The position numbers and the translations under genes are program-made. This document shows positions 51,567 through 64,000 of a stretch of DNA of 64,000 nucleotides, in pieces. Under the pieces are notes generated by a model. That model did no database searches. It saw only the letters and a program-made list of their open reading frames with translations, and was not told the origin of the DNA. Positions within the stretch are counted from its first letter, which is position 1, and every line of letters starts with the position of its first letter. Origin of the DNA: Macrostomum hystrix. Lineage: Eukaryota; Animalia; Platyhelminthes. The stretch covers positions 1,984,001 to 2,048,000 of the forward strand of contig CATNEN010000033.1 in the NCBI GenBank assembly GCA_950097015.1, given 5' to 3'.

Positions 51567-54500
51567 TCTTCTTCTTCTTCTTTTTCAGGGCGCCTCCGTG
51601 TGCGGACCAGCCGATCGGGAGGGGGGCAGACGCCCCATGCTGCGGATTAGCCCGATAATGGCATCCGGGGACCCCATCAGGTCCTCGGGTGCGAGCCCTT
51701 GAGCTGCCCGGAAGCGATCGCCTCTGGGGCACTCGAATAGGACGTGATGGACTGTGTCCAGCGCCCCGCAGTCGAGACAGTCGGGCGAGGTGTCGATGCC
51801 GAGTCTGTGTCTAGTGCTGCGGTTGATGGTGCTGGCGCCGGCTCTAAGTTGGTTGACTATAACTTGTAGGCGGCGTGGGAGGTGGCTCGGAGCTTTCCAG
51901 TGGGTCGGGACCGCCAGCTCATCAAGAGCGCGTCTGGAGTGGCGTGTCACCGTCCTGGCGGCACTGAGCGGTAGTGGGACCTGTCGCTGGTCGAGGTCCG
52001 CCGCCCTGGCCGCCGCCCTGTCTGCCGCCTCATTGCCGGAGAGGCCACAGTGCGCCGGGATCCAGCAGAACCTCACCTTGCGATCCAGCCGATCGAGTTG
52101 CAGGAGGAGGTTCCAACAGTCGGCTGCAGCCGGGTCGGTCTGCGTCAGGGGGCCGCTGCTCAAGGCGGTAATCGCGCTGAGACTGTCGGACGCGATGGTG
52201 ACACCACTGCGGGGGGCGTCGGGACAGTCGATGGCCTGACGGAGGGCTTCGCAGATGGCAGTGAGCTCTGCGGTAAAACTGCTGCACCAAGCACCGGCCG
52301 CAGCCATATGTGTCGTGCCTGGCGGCTGCCACTGGGCGATGGCTGCCCCGCCTCCGTTACGGTTACCGGCTCCGACCGATCCGTCCGTCCAGATGACCGT
52401 GGGGTCGGATTCAAGAAGCCGGGCCGTGTCCTGGGCTCGCTCCTGCTTCACGCTGGCAGGCATATCGCGAGTGATTTTGGTGGTCAGGGAGGTGTCGAAC
52501 GAAACTCCCGTGCAGTTCGACTCCCAGGGTGGCGGGCCCAGTGGCTGCGCGGCGCGTGGATAGTTGTTGAGTTGACCGCTTTGACCGAGTTCGTTGGCGA
52601 TGCGGCGCCAGCATCCTCTGAAGGGTCGCGCTGCGTCGGGCTCCAGGCCCGGAGCGCGCCTCTTGGTGGCGGCCGTGGCGGTGGTGTCGCCCTCGGCGTT
52701 CTGCTGTGTGTCGGGTTGAGTCCGTGCCGCGGCTTCGAAGGTGCGGTTCTTCAGCCGGGGGCCCGTGTTTCTTGTGGCGATCTGGTGCGCGGGTGCAGCG
52801 TTTGGCAGCCGGACCATACGCTCCCGGAGCATGCACGCGCGCTCCATGGCTACGTGACTGACCGGCGGCAGGTTAGCGACGCCGAGCAGGTTCTCGTTGG
52901 TCGTCGTCTGGATGCAGCCGGTGATGAGGCGGGCGCAGGCGTTCTGTTGTCTTTCCACGACGAGGCGCGTGCTCGGCGCTGCTCCCGCGAGCCAAACACC
53001 ACTGCCGTAGTCCGCGACGGAGCGGATGGTGGCGGTGTAGACCGCTCGAAGGATATGCTGCTCCGCCCCGACCTGCCGGTGGGCGATGGCTTGCAGCGGG
53101 CGTCTTCGGGCCGCCATGCGGCGACAGACGTCCTTGGCGTGCTCGGCGAATCCCAGGTGGTCGTCAAACTTAACTCCCAGGAAGACCGGGTGCGGGTCGT
53201 AGGCAAGGGGGGCGCCGTTGATGTAGAGGTCCAGTCGGATTTTGCCGCGATTCTCCGCTGGGCTGAGACTGAAGGTGCTGTAGCTGCATTTGCTCGTGCT
53301 CAGGAGAACCTTCCAGCGGTCGCACCAGCGGGTCACAGCATCAAGAGCGGGCTGAATTTTGTTGGCGCATCTGCTGAGCTTACGGTCGAGTACGAGCAGA
53401 GCCTAGTCGTCGGCGTAAAGGCTGACGTCCACCTCCTTTGTGACGTCGGCGATGGCGCCGGGGAGGTCGTTCACGTAGGCAAGCCACAGGAGCGGGGCGA
53501 TGACGGAGCCCTGCGGGAGTCCTTCCCGGAATGTACGCTCCTTGCTCAGGCTGCCTCCGAAGCGGACCTGCGCTCTCCTGTCATTAAGGAAGCTGTTGAC
53601 CCAGCGCAGGACGCAGGCCGAGACGCCCATGTCGCGCAGTTTGCATATCAGGGCTTTTCTCCAGACTCGGTCGTAGGCTCTCGAGAAGTCCAGGAGGCAC
53701 AGGATGGCCCGTAGCGACTGTGGGTCCTCCAGACCGTCAAAGATGGTCTGCGCGATCCTGGCGATTTGCTCTTCGCAAGAGCGGCCGGCCCGGAACCCGG
53801 CTTGGACGTGCGTGAGGACTCCTCGGCTCTCAAGGTCGAATTTGAGGCGAAGGTACACAAGGCGTTCGGGGACCTTAGCCACACAGCTGGTCAGGGCCAC
53901 TGGCCGGTAGCTGCCGGGGTCGTCGGCCGGTTTGCCGCGTTTTGGTATGGGGATGATGACAGCCCGGCGCCATTGATGGGGGCATCGGCCCGTGCGCCAC
54001 GTTTTGTTGATGAGATCTAGGAGTCGCTGTTCGCTGCGGGCCGGAAGTCTTTTTAGCATCTCATTCGTAACGCCGTCCGGACCGGGGCTTTTTCTTGATT
54101 TCAGGGAGCGGAGGACGGTGGTGAGCTCCGTCTTGGTGAAGGCGGAGCAGATGCCTCTTCTGTCCTCCTGCGGGCAGCACTTCGCGCGCATAGCCTTGAA
54201 GGCGTCCCTGTTGATGTGTCGGTCTTCTGCGCGCCGTTCGACCCTGGAGACGTCGGCGTAGAGGGCGCAGAAGACGTTGGCTTTGTCTTGGTCGGAGATC
54301 GCCGTTCTTTCCGGGCGGCCACGGACCGCGTCGGCGGGGACGTTAAGAGCGCTGTTGGGTGGGGGAGGGGGCGGGTCGCCCCTCATGACCCGGGCGAGGT
54401 GGAACAGGTCGCTGTTGATGTTGAGTTCCGCCACCTGCTCCTCCCAGAAGCGCGCTTTCTCCCGTTTGATAGTATCGTCCGCAGCGCGGCGGGCCACGTG

Positions 54501-56130
54501 GTAGGCGTTGATGTCCGCATTTCTTTTGATTGCTCCGCTTTTTTCCTTGCGGCATTGCAAGCTCTGCAGGCCTCCGCGCATACGTCCGTCCAAAAGGGCT
54601 TACCTTGCTGTTGGCGGGAGCCGCGTGGTATCGATTTGGAGGCTGCCAGCAGGATCTGGTCGCAGAGTCTTTGGTGGTCCATGTCCGGCGTTGATCCCGA
54701 GGTGGGTGAGGAGCGCTTGGTGGCGTCTTCGTAGGCGTCGAGCTCCGCCTGGAAGTTCGTCCAGTCAGCTTTGGCGAAACTCCATTTGGCCTGTGGGATC
54801 TGCCTGGTTTCGTTCGGGCTATGGAAAAGAGGATCGGGAGGTGGTCGCTGCCGATATCTTCCTTGGTTTCCCAGGATTGTTTGACGGGTTCCGCCAGGTT
54901 GCCCGTGCACCAGGTGACGTCTGGGCAACTGACGCCTCCTGTCGCGGGGTTCGTGCGCGTGTGGGCGTTTTCGCTGTTGCCTAGGTGTAGGCCGCGCCGG
55001 TGTGCCCATTCCTCGATGCTGCTCCCTCGGTCGTCGTCGGGTTGGTGCACATCCCAGTGGCCGTGGCCGTTGAAGTCTCCAGCCACAATCGCTCTTCTGG
55101 CGGTAGGGATCGAACTCCAGTCGGGGAGCCAATTCTCGTCTTGTCTCTGGTTACTATTCGGTGGCGCATAGACGGAGGCCAGCATGATTTGGTTGGTGGC
55201 CGGCGGGCAGAGAGTCGTGGTTGCGATGTTCAGGCGGTCGTGGTAGTTTGTGCCACCTGTCTTTGAAGGGGATGTCGTTTCGGACCAGGATCATCACGCC
55301 TCCTCGTCCCGTGGGGCACTGTTTCTTATTTTTGGTTTTCCGGAGTTTTGGCTGCCGCGGGAGGGGGGCGTTGCTGGCATCCGCGTCGAGCGTCGCCATG
55401 CCTGTCGTCTGGTCCGGGGCGGGCCAGGGTCGGTCGCGTTCGCTGCAGGCGCTGCGGCCCCCTTTGCAACCCTTGCACCATACCGATCTATCCTCAGGCC
55501 AGCGGAGTCGGCATCTAGGGCGGGGAGGGAGCCGTCTGGGGCCGACTCCTGGGTCTCCCGTGTTGATGTTGCTGTCGACGTTGTTGTTGTTGGTTCTCCC
55601 GGTGGTTCTAGACTCGTCCGGGTCAGGGGCTTCCTCAGGTTTGGGGACACCGTCCTTGCGGGCCGCCACACTGTAGCCGTGTGGGGGGAAGAATCTGGCG
55701 CCTTCTCGAAGCTTTGTCTCTTGGAGCAGGACTGCGCAGGGGCGTAGCGACGACAGGCGCGCGGCTAGCTCTGTGCGGCGGGCCTGCAACCCATTACAAT
55801 TGAGTTGCAGTACCTGGAGCTCTGGGCCGGGCCTGTTGCTGCGCCTGTGCTGTTTCCTGGTCCTCCTGGTCGTGGGGGGCGCGGTGGTGTTCCCGGCTCC
55901 TCCTCTCAGACGCAGGACCTCGTGGATGTTATCCGTGCCTTCGGCGGCTCTTCTGTCGGCCGCTACAGGCTGGGCTTGGGCTGGGCTGGTCTTGTTGTTG
56001 CAGCATCCCTGACTTTCGCGACACTTCGTCATCCGTTGGGCGTCCGAGCCGTGGATGTCCAGGGGCCCCTCGTGGAGGAGGTCGCTTGCCACGGGAAGGT
56101 GATGGCCTTTCTGCACCATTATCTGGTCCC
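51567..56130 (-). mobile_element. Non-LTR retrotransposon (APE + RT + RNase H + CCHC; I-group-like), disrupted ORF
   Basis: QLNCNGL, LLQETKL, RGGVMILV, AGDFNGH, GSDHLPI; KSPGPDG, YRPVALTS, QAGFR, LDFSRAYDRVW, GLPQGS, YADD; WTDGS, AELTAI, SDSLSA, WIPAHCGLSGNEAAD; CLDC..HHVLFEC. (GAA)n tail; TSD aagccgctgct at 51556-51566 and 56131-56141. Stop directly after YADD (53403) and two frameshifts. Confidence 0.95.
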
Positions 56131-56511
56131 AAGCCGCTGCTGCTGCTTTTGCTGCTAATTGTCTGTCGCTGGGAGTGGATCGGATTAGTAAAGGGTTGCC
56201 AAATTTGGCCTTTTTTATATTTGTCTCGCTAATCTCGTCGTATAGCACATTTAAAATTCAAAATTGTTTACAAGACATGTTCTGATACCTATGATTAGCC
56301 TTTATATGCGCATTTGCGGTTCGATCTCGTGATCTATTTTTAGCTCAATGACAGCACAGACAGTTTTAGAAGATGTATTTCCACTGCAAGCCCACAGGTA
56401 TTCCATGGAAAATGGCTTGTGAATATAAATTAATACCTCGTACTAGCTATACCCCTCGCAATTGTATTTTTCTTACACTCGCTCAACCCGCTAAGACGCA
56501 CACGGGAGGCA

Positions 56512-59500
56512 ATGCGAAAATCCGCCTTATCTCTCATTCTGTTGACCTGCCTATTTAACACGGCTCTTGGCTATCCAGTGCGAGCCTGTCCGGCCAAACA
56601 CTTCCTGTCACCGCTGGGACTCTGCGAGCCCTGTGCGAGTCCCGGCGCCGCTGCGGCTGATTTCTTCAGGTCGTTTGTCCTGACCTACCCGGAGTGCTCG
56701 CCATCGACTTCGCCAGTCAGCGTCGAACGGGAAGGTGAGTCGCATTAGCTAGTAAACTCAGCTACTATCTAGGAATTGGGTCCAGGCTCATCATTGCTTG
56801 CTCATGGTCACAGTAGCTAGGAAGTGCAGCAGTGCTAGTTCCAGTTAGTTCCATGTTCCTCCATCCTCTGCGGACTGTGTGGAATCAGGAAGAAAGGATG
56901 AGAAACTAACAGAATGTCGCAACGTGCCGTCTAAAATAAAATAACATACCACTGAGATTACTGGTCGACCAAGGCAAAAAAACTGTCTTTTGCTCTCTGT
57001 TGTGAGTTCCATGTTCGAATGAGAAACCCGCGGCTTTTCCAGGGCCATTTTTAGCAACGGCAAAGTGACAGAGAAACGAATGAACGTAGCTCGTACATTA
57101 AAAGCAACAACTTTGAAAAAATGCTTGATTACTTTACACATCAGCTCTAAATTGCATCAGCACACACAGCTGAGTTCCTGGAGAGAGTAGCTCGAGTCCC
57201 CAGTTCAGCACACACAGAGTGGAGTTCCTGGAGAGAGTAGGTCGAGTCCCCAGTTCAGCACACACAGAGTGGAGTTCCTGGAGAGAGTAGGTCGAGTCCC
57301 CAGTTCAGCACACACAGAGTGGAGTTCCTGGAGAGAGTAGGTCGAGTCCCCAGTTCAGCACACACAGCTGAGTTCCTGGAGAGAGTAGGTCGAGTCCCCA
57401 GTTCAGCACACACAGCTGAGTTCCTGGAGAGAGTAGGTCGAGTCCCCAGTTCAGCACACACAGAGTGGAGTTCCTGGAGAGAGTAGGTCGAGTCCCCAGT
57501 TCAGCACACACAGAGTGGAGTTCCTGGAGAGAGTAGGCTCGAGTCCCCAGTTCAGCACACACAGAGTGGAGTTCCTGGAGAGAGTAGGTCGAGTCCCCAG
57601 TTCAGCACACACAGAGTGGAGTTCCTGGAGAGAGTAGGTCGAGTCCCCAGTTCAGCACACACAGAGTGAGTTCCTGGAGAGAGTAGGTCGAGTCCCCAGT
57701 TCAGCACACACAGAGTGGAGTTCCTGGAGAGAGTAGCTCGAGTCCCCAGTTCAGCACACACAGAGTGGAGTTCCTGGAGAGAGTAGGTCGAGTCCCCAGT
57801 TCAGCACACACAGAGTGGAGTTCCTGGAGAGAGTAGGCTCGAGTCCCCAGTTCAGCACACACAGAGTGGAGTTCCTGGAGAGAGTAGGTCGAGTCCCCAG
57901 TTCAGCACACACAGAGTGGAGTTCCTGGAGAGAGTAGGTCGAGTCCCCAGTTCAGCACACACAGAGTGGAGTTCCTGGAGAGAGTAGGTCGAGTCCCCAG
58001 TTCAGCACACACACAGCTGAGTTCCTGGAGAGAGTAGCTCGAGTCCCCAGTTCAGCACACACAGCTGAGTTCCTGGAGAGAGTAGGTCGAGTCCCCAGTT
58101 CAGCACACACAGAGTGGAGTTCCTGGAGAGAGTAGGTCGAGTCCCCAGTTCAGCACACACAGAGTGGAGTTCCTGGAGAGAGTAGCTCGAGTCCCCAGTT
58201 CAGCACACACAGAGTGGAGTTCCTGGAGAGAGTAGCTCGAGTCCCCAGTTCAGCACACACAGAGTGGAGTTCCTGGAGAGAGTAGGCTCGAGTCCCCAGT
58301 TCAGCACACACAGAGTGGAGTTCCTGGAGAGAGTAGGTCGAGTCCCCAGTTCAGCACACACAGAGTGGAGTTCCTGGAGAGAGTAGCTCGAGTCCCCAGT
58401 TCAGCACACACAGAGTGGAGTTCCTGGAGAGAGTAGGTCGAGTCCCCAGTTCAGCACACACAGAGTGGAGTTCCTGGAGAGAGTAGCTCGAGTCCCCAGT
58501 TCAGCACACACAGCTGAGTTCCTGGAGAGAGTAGGTCGAGTCCCCAGTTCAGCACACACAGCTGAGTTCCTGGAGAGAGTAGCTCGAGTCCCCAGTTCAG
58601 CACACACAGCTGAGTTCCTGGAGAGAGTAGGTCGAGTCCCCAGTTCAGCACACACAGAGTGGAGTTCCTGGAGAGAGTAGCTCGAGTCCCCAGTTCAGCA
58701 CACACAGCTGAGTTCCTGGAGAGAGTAGGTCGAGTCCCCAGTTCAGCACACACAGCTGAGTTCCTGGAGAGAGTAGGTCGAGTCCCCAGTTCAGCACACA
58801 CAGAGTGGAGTTCCTGGAGAGAGTAGGTCGAGTCCCCAGTTCAGCACACACAGCTGAGTTCCTGGAGAGAGTAGGTCGAGTCCCCAGTTCAGCACACACA
58901 GAGTGGAGCTCCTGGAGAGAGTAGCTCGAGTCCGAATGAGAAGTTCGAATGAGAAATCCGCGGCTTTTCCATGGCTATTTTTAGCAACGGCATAAAAAGT
59001 GACATTTGGAACAAAAACATGCTTCATTACTTTACAGGTCAGCTCCCAACTAAGGAAAAACCGGCGTCACACAGCGGAGTTCCTGGAGAGAGCAGCTCGA
59101 GTCCCCAGTTCAGCACATCGCAGCGTTCAACAACGCGTGACCCAGATCAGACTCCTTCCGCCGGCGCCTTGAGCACAACTCCTGAAAATGGTGCTGATTC
59201 GCTTCTCAAGTTGTCCTGGAACTGGATGGTCCCACTGATTCTCGGCCTGGTTGCCTTCGGAGCTATCGTCTGCGCCATCGCTTGCTCCTGCTCGTTTCGG
59301 GAGCGCTTTCGGAAGCTGTTCAAATACCTATTTAAGCGCAATTCCAACCCTACGTCAAGTGGCCAGCAAGAAGCGATTCCTCTAAACCACCCAAACACCG
59401 TACCAAGTGAGCACGCTAATGATCTCCCTGAGCAGGTGCAAGACGAGCTAGGCGGTACGTACAACCCTCAGCCAGATGTCCAAGGTCATCAGACTGCAGT

Positions 59501-59570
59501 CCCCAACGACCAACCAACCCGGGAGCCCAACATGATAAACAATGTAGTGACTCCAAGATTCGAAGATTAA
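56512..59570 (+). CDS. Type I membrane protein with a short Cys-rich ectodomain (possibly TNFR-like); exons 56512-56734 and 59038-59570
   Basis: Signal peptide MRKSALSLILLTCLFNTALG; CPAKHFLSPLGLCEPC; phase-1 GT-AG intron; Ser/Thr-rich stalk; TM WMVPLILGLVAFGAIVCAIAC followed by basic RERFRK. The TNFR-like label is tentative. Confidence 0.7.
57158..58932. repeat. 49/50-bp intronic minisatellite, about 35 copies
   Basis: Unit cagttcagcacacacagagtggagttcctggagagagtaggtcgagtccc. Confidence 0.96.
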
Positions 59571-61039
59571 AGCTGGCAAGACTAAGACTCGAAGAAGCTA
59601 ATCTCAGAAGAGGCCCAACTATTGCCTAAGTCAGCTCCGAGTGCATGGCCACAATATCTGCAGGGTCTAATGCGCTGGAGATCGCGTCAAACGGAAACTC
59701 CGCTACAGTTTCCCAGATTCAAAGCCTTGAAACCGACTGGCATGGTAACCAAAGGAAATCACAGGAAATCACAGCAATGGACATTCGATGGCAGAGTCTT
59801 GGAATGGTGGAGTCATCTGCAAATTCGGCAAGAAATAAAGTACCGTACCATACTAAACTCTTGATAAGGTTTTTGCATAAGATATTACTGATTTTACCTA
59901 TTTGTGACATTGTGAAGCAAGACTCCCCAGTCCATGGACAAAACAGCATAGACTTGACACCTAGTCCAAACAGATTAGGTGTCATTTCTAATCCTTGTCT
60001 AACGACTTATTACTAATGTTTTCCTCAAGCTTTACTTATCCAGCTGGGTGTAGAGGATGTACCAATTTACGTAAATTAGTTTTTAAAATTTCATTTTCGC
60101 TTTTTCTTTTAAGTACGCGTAAATATAACTGCCACTACAAAAAGAATTTATTGGCAATGAATAATTAAACTCGCTTTATTGTTCATGGTTCAGTCGCTTC
60201 CGTGCAAGTCTCCACTGTTCAGGTTTGACTTGTTCAAAAATAAAACACATACTTTACTTCTAGAACCTATTAGTGACGGGGATTAGTGAAAAATAGAGGA
60301 AATTATACTTTTGTCAAGGCAACTAAGCATCATAAACACGAGGACAACTGTCAGTCAAAGGACGTTGTTCACGCGACCCGAAGGAAATTATTTGCTCGTG
60401 TAGAAGGCCAACTTTGCTAAAAATTTGCTCAAGAGAGATGCTAATACCAGGTTTTCTGAGACGAACTGTTCGATTTTGACCGCTGTTAATCAGTTAAAGT
60501 GTTTGTACTTTATTTAGAATGCGAGCTCTATCTCCTATTGTTTCGTACTATAGTATAGTATATATATAATCTAATATATATAATATACGAGTATTACTAT
60601 AGTAATGCTTGAATACGGGATAAAACAAAAACGGCGAAACAATCAAGGTTAAAGAGTAACAGAACTTGCCACGGGACGAAAATTTCTGCGCAAAAAGATT
60701 TAAACTAATGGAACCCATACTGCTGGTGCGGCTTACTGGCATACAATTCTAACAAATTTTCAAACTACGCTCGTACGAGTAACAATTTTAGAGTTTGAAA
60801 TATATATTGAAGAATATCTTCGATTAGTCTCTGCAGCACTTCAATCAACGCTGGGGGAAATTTTGTGAACTGAAAAACAAGCCCCCAAACCTCCCCGCGG
60901 CTGCGCCCAAAATGAATGTAAAAGTATAGCGAACCAATTTACATTTAACAGCGAGAGGATTAAAGTATTTTTTCAATCAGCTAATTAATGTGAGTTCAGT
61001 TATCTCATTACCATGCTGTTCGTCTGTCGTATACCTGGC

Positions 61040-63044
61040 TCAGCAACAGGATAAGCAGCAGGTGTTCCTATTCGTAGATGGACGGTGGTTTGAGTCGGTT
61101 CTTTTGCTTTTCTCAACCTCCAGGTGCTTCTTGAAGTCGTGAATGCACACCGCCGAGTGAAATCTGTAGAACACGCACAGCGGCATGAGCAACAGTGAAG
61201 CAACCGTTTTGTCTTCCTCCCTTAGAAAATAGAAGGAGAAGCAGACGGCGCTCAGTATCCACTCCGCACTGTTCAGCACAATTAGTAAATTCAGAATGGA
61301 ATTCTTGAGAATGGCGTGCTTCAGGTTGACTTCCTCTTTGTCCTCTTCTGTAGCCGCTTCTTCATTATCTCCAATGTATTCGTAGCCATTGAAAGAGCAT
61401 CTACAGATTATGTTCATGAAGACACGGCAGAAGCTTTTCGATTTACAGCTGCATCGGAAGCATTTCTGCAGTACTTCAGTGCACCTGTGTAGCCCATTGT
61501 CAACTGTAAAGGTACTGACAAGGATAATCTCTAATACAATTGCTTGACAGGCACACTGGATGATGCCGAAAGTGTCTGCCGTAATCACAAGGTCAGCAGC
61601 AGTTCTATTTTCTACATTGCTTGTGTCTGCATTAATTAATAAGTAAGTAGCGTTTCTATTTTCAAAAACATTCATTGTGCTAATTTTATCGCTCGAACTT
61701 ATAGGTATTTTAATTTCATTTAAACGTTCCATGCTTTTCCAGAATTTGTATATGTTGTCCACAATTATTGCTACGACTCCAAGCCACAGCAGTATCCGAT
61801 CGACCATGTGAGTCGCAGTCATCCACTTGCTGCGATCAACTCTAAGGTAACAGAAGAGCGAGACGACAACAGCTAACTCGATAATGTGCATAGCAGAGAG
61901 TGTAGAAAATAATAGAACCTCGAATATTGAAGCGTGTTCTGAATGTTTGGAAAAGCGAACAATGAAGGCAGTACCAAGCGCGGCGACAATAAATGTCATT
62001 CCCAGCATACCGAGCAACGAATGCTGCTTGAAACTTTTGAACTCGCCTGTTTCTGCATCCGAGTAATGAGCGTCCTTCACATGGCTTTCAGAGTCAAACT
62101 CTGCGCAACGCGATGTGCGTCGCCGCGACTTGCCTTTCTTTCCACGCATCAAAGCCGCGATCTTCTTTGCAGAGTTATCTAGGCTGTCGCTCATGCTCCT
62201 TTTCTGCAAGTGTTCCGCAAGTCGACCGAGGTTCGACATCAGTGTGTAGGCCTGAGTGAAGCCATGACGCAGTACTCAATTTGAAAGGGATAAAGCATAT
62301 TATTAAATTTACTGATGATATTACTTCTGCAGAATGTACTGTCAGGAAACACGTTGTCCACCTCTGTAATATCCTGGAGTTCGAGGCCAACATTAGTGAA
62401 CCAAACGCCAATATTGACGGCCATTATGATGCTTAGCAATATCCAGGACCAGTTTAGATTTATTTGAATTGACTTTTGATAATATTTCATAAAGAATCGA
62501 GTTTGAAGCACCGTAAAAAAAATAGAACACTCCGTTGGATAATCAGCAAAACGCCATGTTCTTCTAAAGTTTGCTGTTTAGCGTCCTTTTCCTTCAATGC
62601 TAACTCTATTACTCCACACGATACCTCAATAACCATTGAGAGGTAGTTTGGAATGGCAAACAAAACGAACGTGGCAACAAACAGCGATGACGGAAGATTA
62701 CAAAACTTGCTTGACGCGTCGATGCTGGCTGGGATATTTTCAAATACCTGTGCTCCTTTGATGACATACCCCTTTTTCATGTTGCCGGACTTAAGCACAA
62801 AACACTCAAGCGTGAGAATGGCCACCGCCGCCAGTACTGAGAAGCTGCACCTGAATCCCACAGGTTCCCAGTGCACAACTCGGGTTGTATTGGCAAGTAA
62901 ATTGCCAGTTTTATTCACCGCATCATTTTTAGCTGATTCGTAGGCGATCAGTTCCACGACAAAGGCCATGGATACAATGAAGAGCAGAATCGCAAAGCCG
63001 ATGATCTTCCAAACCGTATGCAAAGTCAATGGCTGCGACATGTC
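61040..63044 (-). CDS. Otopetrin-family proton channel (long exon with two single-base frameshifts; may be a pseudogene)
   Basis: Many TM segments; LQTRFF, NIGVW, LYPFQIEYCVMA, NSAEW, PLCVFYRFHSAVC match otopetrin hallmark motifs (YP..IEY, FYRFHS). Frameshifts near 62515-62522 (A8 run) and about 62250. Confidence 0.85.
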
Positions 63045-63515
63045 CTACAAATGATGCGGAGCAAGGAAAGGTAATTAGATTACAATGTATCATAAATTAT
63101 TTTTTACTGTTTAATATTAGCTTCAATTATATGCGGCAGTTCAGAAGGAGTAACATTTGAACTTTAAAGTTAGTGACTTAAAATTTTAAATTATTTTTTG
63201 TATTTTGTGTTTTATTTTTGATTTTCAAATAATTAAAAGCAAACAGTACTCAGTTGCAGTAACTCTCCTAAGATCTCCTAAAATCCTAAGACTTTTTAGA
63301 CACCCGAGTGACTGAATTTGAAATACCCCATGGTCTTCCTATAGGCAGTTCTAAATAGAATTTCCAACCAATGACAGGCGGCTCGCCACAGCTTGTGCCA
63401 GTTTCGGATATTTACTATTAAGCAAAAGCAATTCAATTCAAGGCAAGCAAGAAGAGCGAATCCCTGACTAAGCGAATCGTTGCTATATAAAAAAAGATCC
63501 AGTTTGCTGTCTCAC

Positions 63516-64000
63516 CATTGCGAAGCTCTCCGCTTTGCTTGCACTCCGCTTTGCTTTATCGACCGCCGCTTTCACGGCTGCAACATTGACGTAGTCGTGG
63601 CTAAGAGCGGCAGTTGCGGCCTCCACAAACATTCGCGCTGCTTCAGATGTGGCCTCCCTCGCGTCATCGATGGCTTTGTTGATGGCATCTGCATGCGCAG
63701 CTTCTGTGTCAGCTCTTGTCTTTTCAAGTTCTTGTGTCGCTGCAGCCGCCCTCAGTACGCACTCGGCCGCGTCGGCGACCAACCTGCCCACCGATTCGAG
63801 CTTAGTGGCTAAGCTCGAACCACTGAGAACACTTCGGCCATTTTCATAGCCACCCTTGCGGCTTCCTCCACTCTGCCTGCCGCCTGCAGTGCCAATTCTC
63901 CTGCTGTCCGCGCTGTCTCTTCTTGTTCGAAGCACTCGTCAACGAGCACTCGTACTTGGTCAGCTGCCTTCCTGATCTTCGCTTTCCATTCGCGCTCCAG
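63516..64000 (-). CDS. Ala-rich coiled-coil exon entering from beyond the window; possibly upstream exon of the otopetrin gene
   Basis: LEREWKAKIRKAADQV... then, after a frameshift near 63810-63830, LATKLESVGRLVADAA...KAESFAM|gtgaga, a phase-0 donor compatible with the phase-0 acceptor at 63044. Confidence 0.45.

Noticed and set aside
51754-55747. Long plus-strand ORFs such as 52050-53714
   Set aside because: Antisense shadows of the GC-rich LINE coding region with no recognisable motifs.

Overview
Eukaryotic (invertebrate metazoan-like) genomic DNA with GT-AG introns, GC-richer exons and many minisatellites. The style resembles a flatworm such as Macrostomum, but the species cannot be verified from the sequence. 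There is no CRISPR array, rRNA or intact tRNA. Left third (1-22 kb), transposon-rich: a mariner relic; a spliced KDZ (CxC + KDZ domain) transposase gene; a near-identical terminus plus 59-bp subterminal repeats present twice in inverted orientation, once after the KDZ gene and once after an HMG-box-like gene; an 82-bp satellite; a SAM-methyltransferase pseudogene; the 3' exons of a CLIC gene; two MITEs with TSDs; a non-autonomous Helitron; SINEs. Middle (23-50 kb, minus strand): a receptor-type tandem-domain protein tyrosine phosphatase with degenerate catalytic motifs in both domains, preceded by two paralogous genes of an unrecognised Cys-rich single-pass membrane protein family. Right (51-64 kb): an APE-RT-RNaseH LINE with an 11-bp TSD, a small Cys-rich (TNFR-like?) type I membrane gene, and an otopetrin-family channel gene with frameshifts. 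All gene models were spliced by hand; family calls come from recognised motifs, not database searches.
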